Shown here one piece after another: positions 50,201 to 63,289 of a stretch of 64,000 nucleotides of DNA. Location: positions 726,604-790,603 of the forward strand of contig JAAOMT010000226.1 in the NCBI GenBank assembly GCA_016748015.1, read 5' to 3'. A program made the position numbers and the translations under genes. The notes below the pieces were generated by a model, which was not told where the DNA came from, ran no database searches, and saw nothing but the letters and a program-made list of their open reading frames with translations. Positions within the stretch are counted from its first letter, which is position 1. Every line of letters starts with the position of its first letter. Source of the DNA: Geosiphon pyriformis uo1. Its lineage: Eukaryota; Fungi; Glomeromycota.

Positions 50201-53200
50201 AGTTAATAACCTGAAATTTTATGAACACTTTTATGAAGAATTAATATAAAATATATACTTATTTAAAACTAAGATTTTTCAGCAACAAAAATATTATGAT
50301 TTATATTTTCATGTGAAATCTTATGGAACTAATATGTATTTTTATTATGAAAATCTTTTGAATTTTGAAAATGATAACAAAATCGTTTTTTTTATGTTTT
50401 AAATACAATTTGTGTAATAAGTAAACAGTTTAAATACTTTTTGTAATTTTCAAATAATCTTTTATAATTATTGGGTTAGTTTCTTGAACACGCATTTTTG
50501 ATGAAGCTTTACCAAGTTTTTCTTATTAAAAAAATAAATATGATAATTGTGCATCAAACAGTCGCTTACATTTAATTTTGTCAAGCCAAATTTTGATTTT
50601 ACAATAACTTATTAGTTGCTGTTTTTTATAAATACTTAGTATCGTGGTAAAACTAAAACAATTGGGCAAATTATTTTTAATCGCACATTTGAGAATTGTC
50701 TTTAAAATCTCAGAGCAGTTAAATTTACATTGGAGTACATATAATTAGCAAGTTCTTTATAAAGACTTTAATTTTAACATATTATTTTTGACTTAATTTT
50801 TTGTTTATGTCAATTTGAATTCGGATTTTGATTTAATCTTCGAAAATAGTTTTGTTTACATATAAAGTTTTGACTTGGTTTTAGCTCTTGATTTAGCTAA
50901 TATATTGACAAGTCAAAAATTCACAAAGCAATATTTATTTAATTTACCTCCGTTTTTACATAATTGTTTGGTTTCTATATAGACAATTATTAAAATTCAG
51001 ATTATGTAACATAAATTTATAACATGCCACAAATAATTATAATAATAATAATAGTAATCATATTATTATAAAATATTAAATTTGTTGTATAACATTTAAT
51101 AGTAGTGTCTTTTTGTTCTTCATAACATATAATGGCTTTATACCTTAAATTCAAACTTTAAATAATTGTCAATTTGAATTTATTAATGACACAATATTAT
51201 ATTTCATAATATTCATATTTATCTTATAGCAATTTATTTTTAGGCTTGAACTAATCATAATTATTTTAAAAGTTTGTTAAATTATTAGAATTTTTTCATT
51301 GTTGAAGTGTATTAAAAACTGATAGGTTTTCAATAATATTTATTTATAAAATCAAGTAAAAAAACTTGTAATTGATTTAATTTTAATAATGTTGATTGCT
51401 TTTTTGTTTCAAAATTTAGTTTATTTACAATTTTTAAAATTTTTTTATTGTTTCAAAATGCCAAGGATTTCATTACTATTATTAATTATAATATTCTCAT
51501 GATCGGAATTTTATAGTAATTTAATAATCTGTTAAATAAGTATTTTTAATTAATTTTCAATTGTTCAACTATAATTAATAAATTTACAATTATTAATTAT
51601 TAATATTATATAAACTTTTTTTCTGACTAAAAACCAATTAATTTAACATTTCAATTCTTGATATTTTAAATTTTTATAATAATATTATTAAATCAAATTT
51701 TTAAAAAATATAATTTTAATATTTGAAACTAAAGCCAGATGTAAACTTATTAATTTATTATATATTTAAAATGTTATTTTATTTGAATAAATATTTATTG
51801 TAGAAGAAAATAGCTATTCAATTTTTTTGGTATTATATTGTATATAAAATATTAGAAAAAGATTTTTAAAAATTTAAAAATTATAATATTTATATAAATA
51901 AACAAAATAACAAAATAATTGTTTTTATGATTGTTAAAAATTTATATTTTAAATACTGTATCATATTAATTAATATAATAATGCATGTATTTTACATTTC
52001 GATAAAATTTAACATAATAAACAATTATACTCTAATTCCTAATATAAGCATATAAATATAGATATAACAATACAATAATAATTAATAACTTCTAAAAAAA
52101 ATACTGAATTTTTTGTTTATATTCAAATTTTCAAAATTCAATTTTAAATAAAACTGATTTTTTATTTTATTTTTTATAATAATCGTGCCAATTTAATGCT
52201 TATACCAATACCAGTAAGTTTTCAACAAAGCATTATAACAATATTATTGTAATTTAAAGCTTTGAGAATTTATAATTGTATCTTAAAATTGTTGTCAATA
52301 CTTTTTATTTGGTATATTTTAATAATTGTTTACAGTATATATATGCTAATTGTTAAATCTGATTATTTATTATTTATTAGACATAAAAAAAGCAAGTTTT
52401 TAAAAAAATTATGTTAGTATAAATAATGCAAAAGTGAGTAATGAGATTGAATATGAAAAGTTTAACAATTTATTATTTTTTACATATGTAAAATATAACT
52501 GTGAGTTTGCTGAGTTTTGCTAAATAAAACTGTTTATGTGAACATAAAATAATTATTTAGACAATAGTTATTGATAGCCAATTTGTTTACTTGTTTTTAA
52601 TTAAAGGTATTTGGATCAGATTTATGATTAAAAATTTAAATACAAGTTTGCAATTACATATCAGTATCTAATTTTTTATTAAACAATCAAATAACAAAAA
52701 TTTATTGTAAGATAAAACAGTTAGTAAATAACTTTTAAAATATTTTCTTGAAAAATAACATTAATTAATTTGCTGAATGCTTGAAACTATTTTTATTGGA
52801 ACATACTTTAATAAAAAAACTAAAAATATACTTTGAAAAGAAATTTCGATTTTCTAACATAAAAGCTATTTGGTAAAAAAGTTATAAATTTTTGACATTG
52901 AATGTTAGTTCAGCTTAATTTATGAGTTTTATTTTGAATTTGTAATACTTTTATTATTGGAATTTAAAAAAACTTTAATTTTAAAACTATTTAAATTCCT
53001 AATTCTTAAATTAAAATTTTGATATTTTTAACTAATCTTTTTACAAATAAATAAATTTTGTTAATGTATCATAAAATTAGGTATGAATTTAATGTAATCA
53101 ATTTTTTAAGTAAATAGTTGTTTAATTTAACTTTGAGTTTTGAAATATCAAAAAAATTGATTTATAATACATTTTTGTTAAATGCAATTTGTTTAAAATA

Positions 53201-53450
53201 CTGCATTCTAATATCTTTTTTGAAGCCAATTTTTTGCTGTTTTATTATTTTGCTCAGTCTTAATTATTAGTGTTTGTCAAAACCCAAGTATAATGAAATA
53301 TTGTTAAGACATATATATACAACTTTCTGTAATTTTGAATTTTTTAAAATACAATACTCAAAATCAATAGTCTAATTCTAATGATAATTAGTTATTACAA
53401 AATTAATTACAACTTTAGTAATTGAAAATTTTTTATTCTTTTCAAATCAA
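47300..53450. repeat. About 6 kb extremely AT-rich block of decayed repeats
   Basis: No ORFs in the track across the block, strong C/G depletion, and a decodable ORF1-like relic inside it. Boundaries approximate. Confidence 0.65.
48600..49180 (+). pseudogene. Hypermutated non-LTR retrotransposon ORF1/gag-like relic (RRM-like region plus CCHC knuckle)
   Basis: Reads SNNIKNTLTMFDKVFAIKLKFISL**YIVIYFK, FKTKLVN.FGCIVFEI, I**K and Y-YK-Y-QCLN-Y-LALN. Reverting A>G and T>C gives LWQYAVV, IWWE and C-x2-C-x4-H-x4-C. Family assignment is from recall of Glomeromycotina repeat proteins, not from a search. Confidence 0.6.
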
Positions 53451-54275
53451 TTGATAAAGCTCGGTTGCATTTTGATAAAAACTACTATGAAGTACTCAGT
53501 GAAATAAGCAGAAAAATTTTTGTTCTAATTGTAGTTCGATTTTGGAGATTCGTGAATCAGGCTTAAGATATACCCTGATTCTCTTTTATGATAAAGCTCA
53601 TATTAATTCATTTAGCGCAGTAATTTGGTTCATAAGCCCTCTCTTTAAACCTATGTCGTATTAAGGATAACGACATTAATACGGGCGAACAATGTCTGCC
53701 TTCGATTGATTCAAAAATTTTAATGTCTCCGTCTTTGGTTAAGCTTTTTAAACCATGTTTCCTATCATATATAGGTAATAAAATAGAATTAGAAAATTTG
53801 GCTGTTAGTAACCCATCGTGCCTAATAGGACATTTCCATAATTGGTAAAGGAATTTTGCAAAATTTCATGCAATTAATACGAATTGTGAAATAAACCAAA
53901 AAAAACAATCTTTCAAATATAATTTTTCTCAATTTTTCAAAAACAAAAACCTCGGCAAGCTATAGCCAAATAAAGCAAAGGAGCGTTGCTTAGAACTGAA
54001 AAAGCCTAAGCAGCCTGATGCCACACATCTTTTTGATGTAAGGAATTCATAAATACGTTTTTATCAAAAAAAAACTTTTCTCGCTTCTTGTAAAACTCCT
54101 CAACTATCTTTGAACTTGGAAAATATTTCTTTCAAATTTACACGAGATGATACCTTTCACATAAAGTTTGAAACTCTGTTGGGGGCTCCTCGAAAACATT
54201 GTGCAATTCTCCGATCTCAATAAATTATCAAAATTTTGTCGAATTTTACTGTGGTAAACATTTCGAGATCAATTT

Positions 54276-55118
54276 TCAAGCAACCACATTTGTAAATCCA
54301 ATGACTTTTAAAATCTCAGCCACCATTTCGACAGGAGCCGATGATCCATAAAGATCAGGACTTACTATCAGCTCATCCTCCATTTCATCGTTTTCTTCTT
54401 CTCTTTGACTCCTTTGACTAACTTTCTCATGTTCCTCGAGCTGATCATAATCAACCATATTATAATCAATTGACTCAATGAAAGATTTAAAATTAGGACC
54501 TTTATCTTCATAATTTACTAATTGCTCGTAATCACTCTTACTCACATCTGGGGGCTGGTACCCGATTCTGTTTTCTGGCTTCTGTTTCACGAATTGGGAC
54601 ATTAGATAGCGATTTGTGACCGATTCTAACGCCAATGAAGTTTTGTATCGAGTCAAATCAACATGATAATGGCCTACATTTGGGATACGGAGCGTATCAG
54701 TGCCATAGGTCTTCATCATAAATTTGTTAAATTCACTTCTTAATGGTCTGGATGGTGTAGGCGATGAAGAGGACTCTGAACCATCTTCAGAATCTTGTTT
54801 ATTGTCATCACCATAATCTTCTTCTTCTTCTTCAGGAATTTTAAAATGATAATTTTTTCCTCGAAGAAATGGTTGCACGATATGAAAAGTTTCTAGAAAA
54901 GTCTTGAGCACGTTGGATCGAGTTATGAGTGCTGGACGAAATTTAATATATAGTTGGGGTTGTCGTGCATAAGTTTCTTCTCCATAAATTTCTTCGATTG
55001 ATAGAAATTTTCGAAGAGAAGGGGTGGGAGAAGTGGATGAAAAAGAAATATATGATTTGGAAAGGAAAGAGGCGAGCAAGGTATTTGTTAGCAGCTGGGT
55101 GTCTGATTGACCAGCCAT
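54276..55118 (-). CDS. Hypothetical protein, intronless, about 280 aa
   Basis: Long uninterrupted ORF with coding-like composition; first ATG at 55118; two acidic tracts; no domain recognised. Confidence 0.7.
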   Translation of the reverse strand: MAGQSDTQLLTNTLLASFLSKSYISFSSTSPTPSLRKFLSIEEIYGEETYARQPQLYIKFRPALITRSNVLKTFLETFHIVQPFLRGKNYHFKIPEEEEEDYGDDNKQDSEDGSESSSSPTPSRPLRSEFNKFMMKTYGTDTLRIPNVGHYHVDLTRYKTSLALESVTNRYLMSQFVKQKPENRIGYQPPDVSKSDYEQLVNYEDKGPNFKSFIESIDYNMVDYDQLEEHEKVSQRSQREEENDEMEDELIVSPDLYGSSAPVEMVAEILKVIGFTNVVA

Positions 55119-56844
55119 GAGTTTTAAATGGGATGGAAAAGTCCCAAGAACTTGGCAGAATTTATATAGCTTGCAGAAAAATCTTTGTGTACCCTTCGTT
55201 GAAGAACGTAGCAAAATATGGTCTTCTGTGATGATTAATTTAGTTCAACAATGACGTTAAAGGATTGACTCATATGATGAACATTTGATGATACTGATAA
55301 GAAAAAAAATAAAATGACGTTTGATTAGCTTCCATTTTTTTACAGATCTAGTACGACGATTTGTGTTTACCCTAGAATTGCTACATGGGATATAAAGAGA
55401 TTATAATTACCGGATTAACATATAATTCTTGCCAATTTCAAATAACTTGTATACAAATGCAATTCAAAATTTTTTGAACTTTAAGGTTTAATTTTGCGTC
55501 AAATATGACGAATTCACGTAATCGTAAAGTTTTCCAGGGATTTTATTTCAAAATTTCTGAAAACCTTGGATAAGAAAATGGTATGTGAATTTTATAGTCA
55601 CATAGATTGCGTATATATAGCTGTTTTTGAATTTGGGCAACTCGAAATTGGTGTTTGTTTCGGCGATTACTACCATTTAGCTGCAGGCGGTAAGTACGAC
55701 ATTGTAGTTTTATCATCCTTCATGACTACATAGTTTCACTCACAATTTTGGTCATACACTTTATAATAGATTCTACTAAAATATAGTCAAGACCAATTCT
55801 ATTAGGGCATTTTCTGAACGGCTATTTTAAATGTCGTATTTCCAAAAATCCTCAGAAATGCCGATCGGAAAGTTATAAGTGATATTAATAAAAATGATCC
55901 CTCATATTAGCATTATCGTCGAAAATCCAATTCCACCAAGTGTTGTTCCACTTCATAGACATTGATGTGATCTAAAGTCATTATGATATTGTCCTCTGCT
56001 TTTTTGATACCATATGCCCTTCTTTACAATCTAATTCTTGAAATCATATTCAAAAGGTGAACCAATTACTTACAGACTTGAATTATAAGAATATTCATGT
56101 TTTCATTGCCGAAATCCATAAAATACCAGAAAAATCTTTGCAGTGCAGAGTTTTTTTTGTTCTGTGTATAGAAGGCTTAGGTTTCTCTCAATATTTTAAT
56201 GTATAACATTAATTACTGGAGTTATGAACTTGGGCATTTAACAAATAAAATATAGCGTTTTGTGTTGGCAGAGATTAATGGCTACTAGAAAACTTTTGCC
56301 TTTGTTCAATTTTTAATAAATTATCCTTTACTCTGCAATGGTTTTAATGATATTGCAATTTTTGGGTTTTAAAATAAATCTTATGAAATTAGTTTCATAC
56401 ACAGTGTGTTAAGAAAAAATTAAAAATTCTTGTATAGAACAAAAGTTAGCATACAATATGTAAAAAAAAACAAACAGAAATATGAATGAAAATGCAAATG
56501 CATTTCTTTAATGTGATCTATAATACATAAAGTAAAAATTTATAATAAATTTAATATTATTAACAGCACTGTTTTAGTTTTTGAATTTTTTATAGAATAA
56601 AAGCATTTATATTGCCAAAAAAATTACATGCATAAACAAATGTTTTTCTTACTAGAATCGATGACAATGTAAAAAATTGGAATAGTAAATCATGTACAAG
56701 GTAATTTTAGGCCAAAAAATTACTGGCAATTCTTTCAAGACTATTTGACAATACAATATTTTCCGTACGATCCAACATTGAAAGAAGCTGATTTTAGTTT
56801 GCAACAAAAAGTTTCAAAGAAAGATTGAAGGTGATGAAAGTTTT

Positions 56845-58290
56845 ACAAACTGGATTGCATTAATTCTCACCATTCTGCCTTTCATGTAAGTGTTCTCGAT
56901 TAAATGAATTACGAGTTTAGCAAATTCTATTTGTGTATAGCAAAAGAAATCTTTTGACCTAAAAAGAAACCAGAATGCTAAAGAGTTTGGCAGATTGGTA
57001 ATTACCTGATGCTTTTCTCAATGTCTGAGGAAATTCCAACATATTCATAAATTTAACCAGCGTTTGACTCGGAAGTTTTTTTTGACATAGGTGTATTTGA
57101 AGTAAGTGAAAAAAAATTTTGGAAACCGAATTGGTAAATGAAAATAAAGCTGTAAATTTTAAACTGGGTGCGATGGCGAGGACCCTAATTCCGTATATAT
57201 AAAGGTCACGTGTCATTTGAACTTTAGGGAACAGAATTTTTGGATATTAGAATTATCAAAGTGTTTATTATTTCAATTTTAAAAACCAAACGAAAGATCC
57301 TAATGCTCATGCATAATTCAGACAATTCCACCCTTTGATGCAGAGTATTCAACTAGAACAGGTTCCCCTTCAATATATGCAATTTAGAAAAAGTTAATTA
57401 TAGCACCCATTCACCTTTGCGAGAAGAGAATACTTAAATAAAATTCCAGATAAACCGGAATTTAACAAGTGGGTGAAAGATCTTTTAAAAACTATCCTCT
57501 TCTTCAGGTTCTTGTTTGATTATAAGAGCTGCTACTTGACTTACAACATTAATTGTCCCAATCTAGGGAAGCAAAATTTCTCTTTATTTCAGTTTAAAAA
57601 GCTTAACGATTAAACAAAGAACCAATACTTACCAAATTTATATAACTATTTTTTTGACCTACTCTAAATATATTGCCATTCCATCGAATTCACAGTCTAT
57701 TTCATGACAAAAACAATATAAATGAGAACTAAAGGAAGCTTATTTCTTCACTATTTAATACAAAGAAGGATAGGGACTTTCTTCAAACTCAATATCTCAC
57801 TGCAGTTGATCACTCCGCAACTTCTTCGATTGCTTTTTGAACTTGGTTTTTTGAATACAAATTTCTCTAAGAAATTACTGATCAGCATTTTTTATATAAA
57901 AATATAGAATGCTTATTTACCTTAGAATTAATATCAGCCTTAAGATGTAAGATCTGTGATTTGAAGATTAATACAATCAAGTTTGAAGTTAGTATATCTT
58001 GCCAAAAAGTAAACTTTACACACTCAGAGCTTGGAATATTTTCTAGAATCTGACCACTATGTTTGCCTCAAGTTTCAAAAGCACGATCACAGTGGCTTCG
58101 CCTAACCCACTTGATCTGCATAGATAACAATGTAAAAAGTTACAAAATGATAATTCCGGAAAATATGTCCAAAAAGGGAAACAAACAAGACTTTAGATGG
58201 ATAAGAAAAATCGAAATTTAAATTTCTTACCCTCCTGTAATGAAAAAGGCTTTCCTTTTGAAAAATCAAGTTTTTAAGGCAAGATTGTTG
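56845..58290 (-). pseudogene. Decayed short-chain dehydrogenase/reductase (HSD17B10/3-hydroxyacyl-CoA dehydrogenase type 2-like)
   Basis: KGKAFFITGGSSGLGEAT (split by an intron), EYSASKGGIV (YxxxK) followed by a stop, RDLYIYGIRVLAIAPS, EFAKLVIHLIENTYM. Frame breaks. Limits approximate. Confidence 0.78.
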
Positions 58291-60150
58291 AAGAAGTAAA
58301 CATCAAGAGTCGTTATTTTGTTGGGATTTTTAACTGTTTTCATAGATGCGTAGTTTGCATCGAGATCTCGTAGTAGAATTGGCAAAAAATCTCTTAGCCT
58401 GGAATATAGCTAAAAATCTCTGAAATTCTCGAAGCTTAAAATTCTAGTTTTTGTTTGAATTGTATTTTATCAACCAAAGATCCCGAAGAAGTAAAGATAA
58501 ATTTGGCTATTTTTTAAAAAATTTATAAGATTTGATTAATTACTCATTTGGATGGCAAGGGTTAGAGGGAAAAATTTTGCTCTATTTTTAATAATTTAGA
58601 ACATCTTATAAAACCATTAAGAGTAATTTACTTGTGTTTTCACGAAAAATCTCAATTAGAAAACATTTGATCTTATGAAAAACATCTTATCTTGCGAATT
58701 TATTCTTATATATGAAGGTCAATATATCACTAGCTACATTCCTGCTTTGAAAATTGCACTGGAAATTTGGAGTTTTAAACACATGCTTCAGCACACTCAG
58801 TAAAGTACTCCTGAAATTTTTATCTTTGAATATGCTTGATTGCATGATATAAATTTTGTGGAAGACAAATACATTTTCTTAGATATTATCCAATTGGACT
58901 GATTTTCGAAACCAATACTTGCCAGTTTTTAAATCTTCCGCAATACTAATGCCAGTGATATAGAACAACGGTCTGAAGAAAATTAGCAGGACAAAATTTT
59001 TTGCTATCAAAGTTTATGAGCTGCACCAAATTTTTATAAAAGATCAATCTCAAGACAATTCAAAAATAACCTCAAGTTGTAAAATAATATTTTTTATTAA
59101 AAATAGTAATTAAGTAATGAATGCACAAATTTGTTATAGGGTTTTTAAATATTTTAGATAAAATCACACTTTTTGTGTTATTTACCAAGAATAATAATTT
59201 AATAGTTTATATGTAATATAAATAACTTTTTATAATTTTTATGTATTAATATATATTTAAAATATATAAAATATATAAAGGTAATACTCTATATTTTCTG
59301 TAAAATTGATACATAATATATTAGTAATCTTAATCAAAAATTATTGTTTCAAGATTGCTAATGTTTAGATTTATAAACTGGCTAAGAAAATTGTACAAAA
59401 GTTTCAAAGGTTAATAATTTTATTGAATATATGTAATAAAACAATAATAAAATTATTATTAAAATAAGACTAAAAAGCAAAAATTTCATAATATAATGAA
59501 TAATTTGTCATGCAATAAGAAATTTCATCAACCTATATAGATTTATATTAATTTAGTTATTTAGTCAAATATGAATAATAATGCATTTGTTCTAAGATTT
59601 CACAAGTAATATGTTGCATTTTCACAAGATATCAGCAATCATGATGTCAGAAAGTTACTTGCACAGAAAACGATCCAGTTTAGACGTCGATTCCTTTGTA
59701 AAATTTGCATATTACATAAATTGGACTTACATAATAATATGGAGTTTATGTAAGAATGTGTAGGCTTTAATGTAGGCGTTTACCAAAGTTGAATATTTTC
59801 AAAAATTCTTGTAAAATAGCCTCTATTTTTGATGTTATTTCATTCAATCACAGCATTTAGACCATTTGACAATCTGAATTTTGTTACTTTCAAGCTTAGC
59901 CAACTAAAGCAATAAATTTTCCTTTTGAAAGAAACAATTAAAAAAATCTCTTTTAAAGATTCTTTACTTCAGAGTACAATTGTAAAAATGGCACTTCACC
60001 AAATTTTCATTATGAAAATTATTAAATAGATTATTGGAAATTTAAAAATAACAAATTTATGGATCACAGAAAAAATATCCATGAATAACTGAATACCAAT
60101 ATATAAGTAAAATTCAAAACACCCATAGAAAAGCTATCTTTCACAATTAA

Positions 60151-60856
60151 TTAGTTTAGTCCATTATCAACTGTTGCCGGCTTCTCACCTGTTTTAGGCT
60201 TCTCCCCTGTTGTAGGCTTCTCACCTGTTGTCAACTTCTCGATCTTTCTGATAAGCGTCATATATCGAGCACGACACGCTTGACGATTTCTTGACGGAAA
60301 ATTATCAGTCGCAATATGCGCCCAATTAACCTCCTTGGCAATGGTTTCGAGAAGGAGTTTATCTTCTTCTAGAGTCCAATGGGCGGGCTTAGCTCGCTCG
60401 CCAGCGCCCTCGGCAGAAGACTTCTCGCTTTTCTCTTTTTTCTCTTTTTTCTCCTTGTTCGTCGTCGAATTTGTTTTCGCCAACTTGTGATCGTCAACAA
60501 CCTTCTGTGACTGTTTTTTGTCTAAAGGAGCTTTAGTTTTCTGACCCTTATCAGATATTTGTTTTTTGGCCTTTGCGCCAGTTTCCTTCTTAGGTTTTTT
60601 CGTAGGTCTGTCTTCCTCTAACTAAATTTTTGTAAAAGATTTGAATTACTTTGTTGTTTGGTTTTCAAATATTTTTGATTTCAACTTTTACCTCAACTGG
60701 TGTTGGAGGTAGTTCATCCTCGGTTTTTCCTTTATTTCTAGGCGACTGACCTTCTGCTGTGTCCGTATTATCTTCTTTTTTGAGAGAGCGATTGTTTAAT
60801 GTCTTTTCGTCATGATTTTGCTCACTATCAGATTGAGATTCGCTATTATCGGTCAT
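60151..60856 (-). CDS. Small single-repeat Myb/SANT protein, paralogue 3 (2 exons: 60856-60692, 60621-60151)
   Basis: AHWTLEEDKLLLETIAKEVNWAHIATDNFPSRNRQACRARYMTL; K/E-rich N-terminus; TGEKP x3 tail. Confidence 0.87.
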
Positions 60857-61561
60857 TTTCTTTCAGCTTGTGTGTGGAATAAAATAAGAATATCGGCTCA
60901 TTTTTATGATAAAATTCTGGCCTTTTATGCTGAGAAGTTTTCTAATGCTGTCACTATGAGATCATCCTTACTAAAAGTGCAGCCAATTTGTGTATAACTT
61001 ACACTTCATTCAAATGATTGACTTATACATTATTCAATTTCTGAGGCTTTAGCCTGACCTCACAAATTTCTTGATTTAGGAAAATTGATTTTATTAGCTG
61101 ACACTAAAAATCAACGTAGAGTATTCTAAAAAGGCTTCTCTTGAAAAATTTTATTTATCGATTTATGAAAAGTTTGTCCATTATCATTTGAAAAAAAAAC
61201 TGCGCAACCTGCAAATCCGCTAAGATGCTAGCAATCTAATTCGTTCCTTGACGGGTGGTTAATCTTTCCAAAATCTTTGGGCATTTGGGTTTTAAGCTTT
61301 AAACCGGATAACGATTAAAAGCGAGATTTTAAGAAAATTATTGCTTTCTCGACAACCTGGGAGAAATCTAAAATTTTATAAAATTTGAATATATCAATAC
61401 TTCCGATTTTTGATTCATAAAATGTTTTGGATGTTAGATAAAAAATGGCTCAAAAAGTTGGCGCCTTTAACTGATTAAGAAAAATGAGAGTTTATATATG
61501 GCACCTCTGATTTGAGAAGCAAAAAATACAACCGGTCATCTTAATCGAATTACATGGCAAA

Positions 61562-62986
61562 ATGGTAAAATTTTTGAAATTTATTATTTATGAATTAAAC
61601 CACTTGCTCAGTTATGTTTTTCTTTAAATGGAAGTAGTCGTCATCCAATGGCAAAAATTTGGCAAAAATTTTTGTTGGGGACCTCTTCTGTGGTTGTGGT
61701 GGCCTTAGCTTAGGAGCAAAACAAGCTGGGTTCTCCTTGAAATGGGCTATTGATATTGACCATAATGCGTGCTTGACATATAAACATAACCATCCCGAGT
61801 CTTTTGTATTCGAGGAACCGATTGAAAATTTTCTTAACCGTTTGGACGACCAATGGTTCAATGTGGAAGTGCTTTTGGCTGCACCTCCATGCCAGGGTTT
61901 CTCCAACGCAAATACTCGGGGAACTAGAGAAGGCCGGAAAGAAAAAAACATGCTTCTTTTTAATGTTAGTGATGCGGTACGTATTTTACGCCCGAAAATA
62001 CTTTTAATGGAAAATGTCGTAGGGTTTCATAGTCGAAAAGAAAGCCAAGGGTTAACGGCAGAGTTTTATTCGCGGTTGACAAATATGGAGTAAGAGAAAA
62101 TTAGTGATGAATTAAACGGTTTTTTTTCAATAAAAATACCAATGAAAATGTTTTTGCTGCATCTTTCAATTCAAAAGATATACCTTCGAAACAACAATAC
62201 TGTCTTCTGCCAATTTTGGGGCGCCTCAAAAGCGCAAACGTTTCTTTTTATTGGCTGCTTTTCAAGGTCAGCCTATCCCGAGATGGCCAAAGGTAACCCA
62301 CTTTGTTTGGGAAGATTTAAAACCCAACGAGAGGGAAGAATGGTTGAGCAAAGGATACTGCGAAACTCCAACTGTACGGGAAGCATTTCAAGGTAAGAAA
62401 ATCTTAGTTTTAATTTGCTAAGCACCGAATGTTAAACTCTTTAATTATTAACTTTTGGCAAAAGGTTTGCCCGTCACGATTGATACTCTGAATCGTGCAA
62501 GGCGACATATCAGCTCTACAGGACCGCAAAGAATATCACAAATCCCAAATGTTGAAGATTTTAATCAGAATTCGCCAGATTATTTTATGCGCCTTGAATA
62601 TAATAAGATCGCATCCACAGTTCTTGCTTCACCCAATCCTGGATGGAAATGCATCCACCCATCCGTATGGAGATGGATCACAGTTCGAGAGTGTGCCCGT
62701 CTCCAGGGATTTCCAGATTCATTTGAAATTCTAAGCGAGAACCAAAGCGTTCCCTCGAAGTATAGACAAGGTCAGCAACGAATTCAAATTTAAGTTCCAT
62801 ATTTATCATATTTTAACAATTCTTTCATTGATAGTTGGCAACGCTGTGTCACCCCCGTTAGCGAAAGCAATTTTATTGGAGATTATGAAGAGTCTCTTGC
62901 AATTAAACAATAAAAATAGAGTAACAGGAAGTAAAATATCCCAGGGTTTTATACGGGCACAAGAAATTATTGTAATAGATGATTGA
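61562..62986 (+). CDS. Compact C5-cytosine DNA methyltransferase (RID/Masc1-like or DNMT1-type catalytic domain only)
   Basis: Motif I DLFCGCGG, IV APPCQGFS, VI LMENV, VIII FGAPQKRKR, IX TVRECARLQGFPD, X YRQVGNAVSPPLA. Exons 61638-62089, 62178-62392, 62465-62770 and 62835-62986 splice in frame. Start uncertain (ATG at 61562 directly before a GT). Confidence 0.9.
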
Positions 62987-63289
62987 GGGAAATCGTTTCT
63001 CAACCATTAATGATGTACTTGACTCTACCAGGAAAGCTCACGTGATTATTTGAGATTTGTATTTAGCCGACAAATGATATGCTACGGAGCTGGAATTATC
63101 AATCAATATATTCTAACCTGATATTTTGAATACCAACGTTTTTTTTCTTTTATTATAAGGAATACATCGAAAAAAAAAGAAAGTGAGGCTTTACTTAACA
63201 CAATCTTATCTGAAAAACCACCGAAGAAATCACGAAATGGACAACTAAATAATCAAAGTGTTATAACTCATTATTATTTTCATACTTTA

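Noticed and set aside
50400-53400. Possible helicase-, protease- or integrase-like peptides in the AT-rich blocks
   Set aside because: Too degenerate to decode reliably by eye; no family assigned.
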